Source: Chiloscyllium plagiosum (lineage: Eukaryota). Taken from it: DNA of 20,000 bases. The position numbers were made by a program, and so were the translations under genes. Below the pieces are notes generated by a model. That model was given only the letters and a program-made list of their open reading frames with translations, ran no database searches and was not told where the DNA came from. The stretch lies in assembly GCF_004010195.1 (NCBI RefSeq), contig NC_057720.1, forward strand, positions 16,849,399-16,869,398. Direction: 5' to 3'. This document shows positions 10,850 to 20,000 of this stretch, one piece after another (positions within the stretch are counted from its first letter, which is position 1; every line of letters begins with the position of its first letter).

Positions 10850-11480
10850 CATAGCTCTTTGTCTGTTCTGAAGAAAATATTTTGAATATTTTCCCTGAAC
10901 CAAAATAGCTAATGATACATTTTCAACATTGAACTTCCCCATCGTAGTTTAGGACACTCAATTTATGTTCTGTCCGACTCCTGTCTGCACAACTTACTAT
11001 ACCTGCTTACTTTATTTCACCTGCAAACTTGGGCATATAATTCCTTATTCTTTCATTTAAATCATATGTAAGTTATAAAGCTCAGGCCACAGTTCAAATC
11101 CCTGGAGAATACCACCACTTGTCACATCTTCTGGTCAGAGAATGCCCCCTTTATCCTTATCTTTTGCCTTTCACTTCTAATTGCCATCCAACAACTCAAT
11201 ATTGCTTCCAATTCTGAGCACTTTAATTTTTTTTATTATAATCTCTTTGTAGAACTTTATCAAATAAATTATAAAAGATCAAATAGACATCATTAATTGA
11301 AACCACACTATCAACCATGCTGTGACTGCCTCAAAAAATCTTCTGGATTGATCAGCTTTACAAATTTGTGTTGTGTTTGATCTGTTTATAGTTGACTAAG
11401 TGCTCAGTCTCTTTCCTGGAGATTTGTCCCCACAATTAATTTAAACTGATAGCTTTATAGTTGCCACTTTTTTCCCTCCA
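10850..11480 (-). mobile_element. Very old CR1/L2-like RT remnant
   Basis: Scattered minus-strand traces of NY-K-ISL, FDKV, G..QG..G and KFA motifs; no ORF. Confidence 0.4.
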
Positions 11481-11534
11481 CCCACTTCCTAACCAATCAA
11501 TCAGAGAGCAAAAAGGGACTCTGCAATGCTGAAT

Positions 11535-11850
11535 GATTGATATATTGTCATGTGTACCAAGGTACAGTGAAAATATTTGTTTATGCGATCATAGTTAGCA
11601 AGGGTGTACAGATCAAAAAGACTTCGAGGCATACAGGTTACATTGCACAGGGCATGAGATCAGCCTCAGCAAGATCAGCATTATTTGAGGCTAGAGAGTT
11701 CATTCATCACTCTAATGATAGCTGGGAAGAAGTTGTTCCTGAACCTACTGATGTGTGTGTGTGTTCAGGCTACTGAATCTTCTGCCTGATGGATGAAATT
11801 GTAGGAGATCATTACCAAGATGTGATGGGTTTTTAATGATGCTGGCAGCC
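11535..11850 (-). mobile_element. Diverged Rex1/Babar-like 3' fragment
   Basis: Reverse complement resembles 1650-1940 (AGCCTGAACAC, AACAACTTCTTCCC, TTTCACTGTACCTTGGTACACATGACAATA). Confidence 0.65.
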
Positions 11851-12055
11851 TTTTCAATCATTTATATAAAACATCTTAACAGTAAAATGTCAGCATATTG
11901 CAATTTCATTTCAGCAAATAACCTTCAATACTTTCGAGGTTTGTGCTAGATGCAATGGTTCTGTTTAAAATTTCTTAAAGTAAGCTATTGATATTTGAAG
12001 ATAAGTTTCACATTCTGCTACTTTATCCCCATTGTGTCTTACATTGTAAATTCAG

Positions 12056-12145
12056 GTTCTACCAATGAACGAAGCTACACAGAACCTGGAAAAAGACATT
12101 GTAATCATTACTGCAAAAATAAAGACAAGTGTGGTCATGAATGTT
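12056..12145 (+). CDS. HFM1: HFM1 exon encoding the C4-type zinc finger (PGKRHCNHYCKNKDKCGHEC-C)
   Basis: TTCAG acceptor at 12054-12055; donor T|GTAAGT at 12146; phase 1/1. Matches recalled human PGNRECNHLCKSKHTCGHDCC. Too short to appear in the ORF track. Confidence 0.95.
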
Positions 12146-12230
12146 GTAAGTGCTAATAAACCAACATTGGCAATTTATTTAATTCAGTTTTAAAATGTTT
12201 TAACACATATTTTGTCAAATACTTCATCAC

Positions 12231-12684
12231 TATTGGAAAGATGTTGTGAAACTTGAAAGGGTTCAGAAAAGATTTACAGGGATGTTGCCAGGGTTGGAGG
12301 ATTTGAGCTATCGGGAGAGACTGAACAGGCTGGGGTCATTTTCCTTGGAGCGTCGGAGGCTGAGGGGTGACCTTATAGAGGTTTACAAAATCATGAGGGG
12401 TATGGATAGGGTAAATCGGCAAAGTCTTTTCCCTGGAGTCGGGGAGTCCAGAACTAGAGGGCATAGGTTTAGGGTGAGAGGGGAAAGATAGAGGAAGTAG
12501 TGGAGGCTGGTACAAACATTTAAAAGGCATTTGGATGGGTATATGAATAGGAAGGGTTTGGAAGGATATGGGCCGGGTGCTGGCAGGTGGGACTAGATTG
12601 GGTTGGGATATCTGGCTGGCATGGACGGGTTGGACCAAAGGGTCTGTTTCTATGCTGTACATCTCTATGACTCTATGACTCTAT
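12231..12684 (+). mobile_element. CR1/HER1 LINE 3' fragment with an internal deletion near 12490
   Basis: KLERVQKRFTGMLPGLEDLSYRERL...RRLRGDLIEVYKIM; TCTATGAC tail repeats. Confidence 0.92.
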
Positions 12685-13109
12685 TTCCATTTAGTGTAAT
12701 CCATAAATGCTTGGTACTATTTTTACCCTGGGCCACATGGAGCAGGAAATTCATCTTAAAGTACTAATGACCTTGCCTGCACGCCAATTTGCTTTGTATT
12801 AAAACAGTTGCCAAAGGAAGCTGAGAAATGCACCTCATTCTCTCTTGAGTTTGGTTTCTTCTTCCTGCCCCCGAAATCTCCATACTCTAAAACTTAGTTG
12901 AGAGCCATAAAATTTAGTTCCCACCCTCCTACTACTTGGCATTGCTTTTCACAGCCAGTTGCCACTTCCGACAAGTTTTATTGAGGAATTTGAATGAGGC
13001 TTCAGAGGAGCTCAAATTTCCTAGGACTCATACAATTAATATTGCAAAATATATCAGCTACTTCAGTGTCTGTATATCTAACTGCCAATCCAAGTTACTA
13101 TCAAGACTA

Positions 13110-14500
13110 TGATTTCTCCCAGTTAATCTATCTCCATCGCATTTGTTCCAGTGAGGCCAACTTCAACAAGGAAACATCGAAAATGTCCACCTTTTTCCTC
13201 AAACGATGATTCCCCAGCACCGTTATCGACAGAACTTTCAACCGGCTCCAACTCATCTCCCGCACTTCTGCCTTTAGCTCCTCTCTTCCTCCCGCAACAG
13301 CGATAGGATTCTTCTTGTCTTTACTTACCATCTAACCAGCATCCGCATCCAGAATATCATCAGCTGCCATTTCCACCACCTCCAGCTGAATGTCACCACT
13401 TCTCCCCTCCCATGTCCGCATTCCGTAGAGAGCACTCCCTCCAGGACAGCCTGCCCCTCTCTACCTTCACTCCCAACACTACCCCACAGCCCCATGACAT
13501 CTTCCTCTGTAGTTGCTGAAGGTGCAGCACCTGCCCATTTATCTCTTACCTCCTCAGTATCCAAGGGCTTAAACATACCTTCCAGGTGAAGCAGCCCTTT
13601 ACCTGCATTTCTCACAATCTAGTCTATTGCATTTGCTTCTCACAAAATGGTCTCCTCTACACGGGGGAATGAGCTGACTGCTTCGCAGAACACCTATGTT
13701 CTGGCCACAAAAATGATGCTGAGCTTCCAGTTATCTGCCACTTTAACATACCACTTGCTCCTTGGCCAACACCTCTGTCTCAGTCTTGCTGCGGTGCTCC
13801 AGCGAAGCTCAGTGCAAACTGGAAGAACATCCCTCATTTTCCACTTGGGGACCCTGCAGCCTTCTGGACTCAATATTGAGTTCAATAATTTTAGGGCTTG
13901 AACTCTCCCATGTCCTAGCCTCTAACCTTTCACATCAGTTGTTATCATATAGTCTGCCATTACATACTATCCATTGTAAGCCACTAACAATCTCCATTAA
14001 CAGTTATTCAGCCTCCTAGTCAGATCGTTATCCACTCCTTTGTCCAACTGTTCTTCTCTGTCTTTGGACTCTATCCTATTCCCCCACCTTATTTTAGATT
14101 AGATTACTTACAGTGTGGAAACAGGCCCTTCGGGCCAACAAGTCCGCACTGACCTGCAGAAGTGCAACCCACCCAGACCCATTCCCCTACATTTACCCCT
14201 TCACCTAACACTATGGGCAATTTAGCACGGCCAATCCACCCTAACCTCACATTTTTGGATTGTGGGAGGAAACNNNNNNNNNNNNNNNNNNNNNNNNNNN
14301 NNNNNNNNNNNNNNNNNNNNNNNNNNNNNGCTGTGAGGGAACAGTGCTAGCCACCGTGCCACCCATATAAACTGCATATAAACCAACATTTTCCTAATTA
14401 CTGTCCATTCTGAGAAAGGATCACCGGACCCGAAACTCTAACTTCTCTTCATAGATGCTGCCAGACCTGCTGAGCTTTTCCAGCAACTTCTGTTTTTGTT
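13110..14500 (+). mobile_element. Degenerate Neptune-like PLE (thumb, GIY-YIG, 3' end with decayed HHR)
   Basis: FSQLIYLHRICSSEANF; NLVYCICFSQNGLLYTG at ~13616-13666; LIFHLGTLQPSGLNIEF; HHR-like CTGAGAA-A-GGATC-ACCG-GACCC-GAAA at 14410-14435. Confidence 0.85.
14094..14365 (-). mobile_element. V-SINE (HE1-like), third copy, with a gap at 14274-14329
   Basis: Homologous to 2546-2853 and 3504-3800. Confidence 0.85.
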
Positions 14501-14639
14501 GTGTATGATTTCTTCCCCTATTTTCCTTAGGATTTCAATATATTCGATTAAATCAACTTGTTGTCTTTTAGATTAACTGATTTCTGTTAAATAATGCACC
14601 GTGATGTTTCCTACTAAAACATTATTTTCTTTTCTTTAG

Positions 14640-14767
14640 GTAAATTTGGAGTATTGGTTGGTAGGAGCTCCATAACACCTCAACCAACAACAAATTTTTC
14701 TTCCTATCTCAATGATCTTAAAAGTAGAAGCGAGACTTCATCAGCTCCATCAATTAAACGATTAAAG
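14640..14767 (+). CDS. HFM1: HFM1 exon: CKFGV...FSSYLNDLKSRSETSSAPSIKRLK
   Basis: TTTTCTTTAG acceptor; AAG|GTAACT donor; phase 1/0. Matches recalled human CKIGV...SSYLSDLRNR...PPVKRLK. Confidence 0.93.
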
Positions 14768-14851
14768 GTAACTTTACTGTACCATAGTAAACATTCAAAA
14801 TATCATTTTACAAAGACATAACTAACTAAAGGATTGCATTTTTTCTAATAG

Positions 14852-14934
14852 ATACAGACAATGAATGAAATAGGGCCAGTAAATCTTCAACACTTTGCTT
14901 ACACAAAGAAAGCTCCATTGTCAACATTACCGAG
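14852..14934 (+). CDS. HFM1: HFM1 exon: IQTMNEIGPVNLQHFAYTKKAPLSTLP(R)
   Basis: Follows an 84-nt intron; AG at 14850-14851; GAG|GTAATG donor; phase 0/2. Similar to recalled human IQMNKSQSVDLKEFGFTPKP. Confidence 0.88.
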
Positions 14935-15342
14935 GTAATGGGATACTTACAGTAAATAACGTTATTTCATTTGACATTGGGATTAAAGTTTATCACATTT
15001 TTTTCATGTTCAATTACTTTCAAGGTACTATGAAACAAACCTTGATCCAGAAGCTCAGGTACAAAACCAGAATAATTTAGACATCAACGTAAGAAGCTGT
15101 CACAAACAACAACCACAATATTATAATGAAGGTGGGTTAGTTGGGGAATTTTCTTCTGCGCTTCTTCTGCTATCTCTGTCCTCAGTCCTACTTTGTATGT
15201 CCAAGAATGGGATTCAAGTTTGAGTGTTATTGTTAGCAATATCAAAAGTACTGCTTACATATTATTATGCCATTGACAGTAATACACAATGCTTTAGACA
15301 ACATCATCATCATGTCTGGCAGCACCTGTAAGGAGAGAAAAG

Positions 15343-15381
15343 AGCTGACGTTTCGAGTCTAACTGACCCTTTGTCAAAGCT
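15343..15381 (-). ncRNA. Minimal hammerhead with U3-A8 variant core (minus arm)
   Basis: Minus strand: AGCT-TTGACAA-A-GGGTC-AGTTA-GACTC-GAAA-CG-TC-AGCT. Confidence 0.7.
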
Positions 15382-15416
15382 TTGACAAAGGGTCAGTTGG
15401 ACTCGAAACGTCAGCT
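15378..15416 (+). ncRNA. Minimal hammerhead with U3-A8 variant core (plus arm)
   Basis: AGCT-TTGACAA-A-GGGTC-AGTTG-GACTC-GAAA-CG-TC-AGCT; predicted cleavage after C15412. Confidence 0.7.
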
Positions 15417-15878
15417 CTTTTCTCTCCTTATAGATGCTGCCAGACCTGCTGAGATTGTCCAGCATTTTCTCTTTTGGTTTCAGATTCCAGCATCTGCAGT
15501 AATTTGCTTTTAACGTCATCATCATCCTTATTTTAAAATGACAACAACAAATCTTCCAATATTCTGCATTTGATCTTCAGCATTTTATTTGGAACTGCCT
15601 CATTTGTATAACACTTTTTTCTGCATTATATTAACAAAGGATTTGGTCTGTTTATTTTTGAATGGTTATGTGATGTTATTGAAATAGTAGAGAGAATATG
15701 AAAACATTAAACGGCAATATGTTAATGTTCAAATAATCTAATTTTAACAATTAAGGATTCTAAATGTAGACTAAATTGCAGAATATGGTGTCCAAAATGC
15801 TTAATGTACAACAGATTGTTCACCATCTAAAAAGGAAAAAAAGTCTAAAGTAATGTTTTGGGCAATACCCCTTTGCAG

Positions 15879-15913
15879 GAACGAAGGATGTTTTAGTATT
15901 GTAATAGTGTTAG
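15879..15913 (+). CDS. HFM1: Candidate 35-nt HFM1 bridging micro-exon (R)NEGCFSIVIVL(A)
   Basis: CCCCTTTGCAG acceptor; TAG|GTTAGT donor; phase 2/1 reconciles 14934 with 16817. No homology support, and an alternative exists at 16088-16152. Confidence 0.4.
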
Positions 15914-16816
15914 GTTAGTATGCACCAGTATGATATTTAGAAATGTGTAGTGCTATCTACATTGATTAAAATATCCATACAATGTCAATGACATTATTAT
16001 CCATTAGATTGTTTGGAAGGTCTTTGTTGTTTGCCCTGACTATACTTTATAATCTTCTTTAAAATACATAATTTATGATTTTTAAAGGAAATCTTTAGTG
16101 TTACCAAGGGAATTGACCAAACATTTATATTTCTATTCAGTAACATTCAAATGTAAGCACAGTGAATTGTGGACAACATTCCCAATATACTGTCGGGTTA
16201 TATTTTTGTCTTTACCACACACTGCCAACCAACACATCAGTTTTAAAATTTTTATCCTTGTTTTTCAATCACTTCATGGCTTCACCCTCCCTTTACATGT
16301 GGGATTCCAGCCCCATCTCTTGAGCATCTCTTATTTTAATTGTTCTGCCATTAGAAGTGTCTTTATGTGTTTAGACACTAAGCTCTGTAATTCCCTTGAT
16401 GAACTTTCCTCAATGATGTGATTTTTCATGATGAAGAGATCTTACCTAATGATTTACTTTCTGTGATTGTTCCACCTTATAAAATCAGATTTCCTTGATT
16501 TATATGGATATAAATATGGTGACTATGGTGTCACGGTAGTGGAACAGGTTGGTGCAGAACTTCATTGTTGCAGATTTGAACTCACAAGCTGCTGAAATTA
16601 GCTAAAGCACCTAGACATTGCCAGTTATTTCAGCCCAGAGATGAGGGTTTAGCAGTTACACATATAGGAGACAATTCAAGGCTGACACAAATGAAAGTCC
16701 AGAAGAAACTTTCAACTATCTTAGTTGGTGATTGGCATGTAGTGTGGGGAAGACCATTTTCTATAAAATATTTTGTCAAAATTATTTAAATAATATTTTC
16801 TGAAAATATCCTGCAG

Positions 16817-17047
16817 CTCCTTCACAACAGAATTCAACTGTGTTTCCATCACACCAAACTTCTGTAGAATCTTTCAGTTTCAACTCTACTGATGCAAATG
16901 AGAGTGATTATTGGTCGCCAGAAGAGATGAATGTGAATTTTGACCTAGGAGATGACTTATGGAATGACTTTGATGATGAGAAGTTAGTAAATGCAAGCAA
17001 TTCTATTTGTTCAGAGGAAATGAACATTAATGAACATTATCAAACAG
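16817..17047 (+). CDS. HFM1: HFM1 exon with the acidic motif EEMNVNFDLGDDLWNDFDDEKL
   Basis: Matches recalled human EVLNVNFELGNEVWDDFDDENL; donor CAG|GTATTT at 17048. The acceptor is uncertain (16817 phase 1, or 16831 phase 0). Confidence 0.85.
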
Positions 17048-17794
17048 GTATTTATGCTGATCTTTTGAATTATTCTATTCTTTTCAAATCTCTTAAGCAA
17101 TAGTTAATTTCTTCATGAAGTTTCAGTGGTTGGAAGTTTTGATTGATAGTAACAAAACTTTTCGACTGCCAGTCATCTTTTCTTGCCTGAAAAAATGGTG
17201 ATTGGCAGAGGAAAATCAAATTGTACATTGATACAATGATACAACCATTTCCTTGTCCGACTCACGTTTTAATTATACCATTCAATGGCCACTTAGCTGA
17301 CAAGAGTGTAAAACCAGTCGTAGGTCCAATAAATGTTGAAATCGGGACCTGGTGTAGGATCTTGTATAGGAGGAATGGGCAGATGAAGCAAATGTATCCA
17401 ATTCTACTTTCTCCAGCTGTTGACAGGCTTAACATATGGTCTTTAAAAGGACTATTGGAGGGAAATCCAAAATTGCATCCTTTTCTAAGATCTTCACAGC
17501 AGCAAGAAAAATCAACCTGTCCTTTTGATTCCTCTTCAGGATCACAGGATTTATATTCCAGCAAACCCCATGCAGAAGCTGGCTAAAATTCCAAGGTCCA
17601 AAACAAGCAAGCAGCAGTGCAACATCCATTTGGACTCACACTGCCAGTGCAATATTCTGCAATATTCCCACTTGGTATAAACCTCCAGCTTTTAGAGCTG
17701 TCACATGTGTATTGCTGATATTGTTTTATTGTGTGTCTCTAAATATATCTGTACAATTCTTTTGATTGGCTGAAAGAGAAAGTATTGAATTTAA

Positions 17795-18230
17795 ATGGCA
17801 TTTTTCACAACCACCAGATGTCTCAAAGTGCTTTACAGCCAAGATATTATTGAAGTATGGCCACTATTATAATGTAGGAAACATGGGAGTCAGTGTTTTG
17901 TACAGCAATCTCCCACAAACAGAAGTTATAATAGCCAGATGACTTGTTTCTTATGAAGTTGATTGACGGGTAGGTATTCGTTTGGAGACTGGGGATAATT
18001 CACTGCCCTTTTTCAAAATAATACCATGGGTTCTTTACAACCAACCAATGAGGCAGATAAGCCTAAGTACTTAAACTCTCATCTGAAAAATATCACCTTT
18101 CACAGTGTAGCTCTCCCTTAGTACTGCAATGAGTATCAGCCTTGATTTTTCAGGTCCAGGTCTGAAGTGGGATTTGAAGCTGGAACCTTTGTGACTCAGA
18201 GTTGAGAATGCTACCAATGGAGCCATGGTC
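17795..18230 (-). mobile_element. DeuSINE (SacSINE1/AmnSINE1-related)
   Basis: Minus-strand tRNA-like head CCATGGCTCCATTGGTAGCA...TTCAAATCCC, then Deu-domain-like GGCTGATACTCATTGCAGTACTAAGGGAG...TTTCAGATGAGA. Confidence 0.75.
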
Positions 18231-18600
18231 GACAGGAGGACATTTCTTGAAAACACCACACTTGCAATGTTCTCAATTTCATCCTATTTTAAATTAATAT
18301 GCAAATAATAAGAAACTTACCAAACTTAGAAATGTTTCTTTCTCCATGTAGTGGATTTTGAAGTCAGCTTTGATTGGCTTTGTTTCAAAACTGTAATGTT
18401 TGAATGCTTTTGCATTGTTGAGAATTCTGATAAACAAGTATTATAATTTCTAAGAGGCAACATTAAAAGTTCAGCATTTTTGCTCAGAGAAGTAACTTTT
18501 ATATACTTGGGAATGATTAAAAAGTCAATCAAATCTAAAAATGTTCAATTTTGTATTATCTAAACTGATTCTTTTTTTGGCATATATCCAAACTTAACAG

Positions 18601-18670
18601 AGTACAATCAGTTGTCTGAATGTCCTTTGAACAAGTTTCAAAACCAAATAATGAACGACAAACATAAAAG
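18601..18670 (+). CDS. HFM1: Candidate HFM1 exon (E)YNQLSECPLNKFQNQIMNDKHK
   Basis: AACAG acceptor; strong AAG|GTGAGC donor; open in the phase (1) required by 17047. No recognised homology. Confidence 0.5.
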
Positions 18671-19494
18671 GTGAGCTTTACAGTGTGATTATTCTTGACA
18701 TGGTGGGAGTCTAGGAACAATGTTATTGTATCTGTGTTTAACGTATTTATATCAAATTCTTTTCTACCCTATTTTAAGATAAATGGTGTAGATTTTCAGT
18801 CTGTGTGAAAATTTTCCAAGTTTGTTGTTTCCAATCTGGCTAACAGTCACTGCAGCTAGTCTACAGTTATAATGGAAAAAAGATCCATTTTGAGAGCCTA
18901 ACTTTGATGATGTAGGGACAGCAAGTTGCAGGCAATAAATAAATAAACTGTCTTGGACAATTTTGTTGTTCCAGCTCACTTCAGTGTTTGGCTGCTGCCC
19001 CTGGACCAGTAGAAAGATAGCTTGAAAGGGTGGTGAAGGTATCTGTTCTCTGTATGGCAAGTGAAATAGAAACCTGTGATATTTTTGTGTACTTCTTCCA
19101 ACACCACAACATAAATAACTGCTTATCTTTGGACTTTTTTGTGATGGCTTTCAAAGGACTCCATCTTAAATATCCACTTAACTGTGAACTTGCTTTAAAA
19201 AACCATGCAACAATCTATTCTGAATTCTTTGTCAGAGTGCTATTGAACTCACTGACCCTGAGAATGGGGCAGTAAATTCTTCCCAGTCATTTTTGGGTGC
19301 TACTGCTTTACCACCCAGGATGTCTCAAAATCTCTTAAATTTATGTTAAGATTTTGATATTTTAACAACTCAGTTTCTGGTAAAGGTATCTCCAACCAGA
19401 GTGTCAAGTGTGAAATAATACATAAATGTTCCTTCAAAATAATGTTGAAAATTTGATGTGGATTTGGAAGTGCTGAGAGAATGGTTCATTTTGA

Positions 19495-19850
19495 TGTCTT
19501 CCTGAAGTCTTTTAGCAATATCAAGAAATGGTTGAGAGCACTGGATACTTCCCCATATGTTGCTTGTCTGCCTACTCCACCAACTTGTTTCTGTCCTTTT
19601 GAAATGCTATATTTTCCTGCTTGACAACATCCCAGCTGGAGTACTGAATTCCCCAGCAGTAGCCACATCCTTAACCAAGCAGTTCCAGTACAGCAGCAAC
19701 TCTGGCTCGACCTGACAAAGTGAAATATTGTCTGTCCCATCAGTCTACATTAAATCATCGACTAAGTGGTAGAAGGTGTAATTGATGGTGCCACCAGGCA
19801 GCATTACTCACCAATAACCTGCAAACCAGTGCTCAGTTTGGTTTCCACCA
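19495..19850 (+). mobile_element. Degenerate CR1-clade RT fragment
   Basis: Traces of IKKWLRALDT, DNIPAGVL, KQFQYS, PISL, VVEGVI and NNLQTSAQFGFHQ. Confidence 0.7.
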
Positions 19851-20000
19851 GATTCTGGATTAGTGGTGCTGGAAGAGCATAGCAGTTCAGGCAGCATCCA
19901 AGGAGCAGCAAAATCGATGTTTCATCAGGAATAAAGGCAGTAAGCCTGAAGCGTGGAGAGATAAGCTAGAGGAGGGTGGGGGTGGGGAGAAAGTAGCATA
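19851..20000 (-). mobile_element. Neptune-like PLE 3' end (same family as 4735-5712), running off the window
   Basis: Reverse complement of ~5552-5715, with HHR helix II deleted. Confidence 0.9.

Larger units (their letters stand above)
15314..15511. mobile_element. 198-bp PLE-derived mini-element: 132-bp palindrome with two back-to-back HHRs and a 14-bp TSD
   Basis: Arms 15314-15379 and 15380-15445 (63/66 complementary, no spacer). TSD AACATCATCATCAT 15300-15313 and AACGTCATCATCAT 15512-15525. Confidence 0.88.

Noticed and set aside
14410..14440. HHR-like motif as an active ribozyme
   Set aside because: G8 is changed to A without a compensating change at C3, helix II has a mismatch, and the helix III palindrome is lost; kept only as a relic.
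17221..17629. Overlapping ORFs of 66-121 aa on both strands
   Set aside because: No recognisable domain or coherent splice pattern; likely chance ORFs in intron sequence.
18321..18426. Minus-strand exon-like segment (TATCAG acceptor, GTAAGT donor, one open frame)
   Set aside because: No partner exons or recognisable homology, so it cannot be distinguished from chance.

Overview
Vertebrate genomic DNA, inferred to be from a cartilaginous fish (shark-type HE1 SINE and HER1/CR1 LINE repertoire). The window covers the 3' part of a plus-strand HFM1 (MER3 meiotic helicase) gene: five well-supported exons (8519-8680, 12056-12145, 14640-14767, 14852-14934, ~16817-17047) and several candidate exons. 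The introns are packed with nested retroelements: CR1, Rex1/Babar, V-SINEs, a DeuSINE, a solo LTR and at least four families of Penelope-like elements (PLEs). The most interesting layer is RNA structure. Eight minimal hammerhead-ribozyme (HHR) motifs occur at seven loci, all in PLE termini. One locus is a 198-bp non-coding insert with a 14-bp TSD, containing a spacer-less 132-bp palindrome that encodes two back-to-back HHRs with a covaried U3-A8 core. Family and orthology calls rest on recalled sequences, not database searches.
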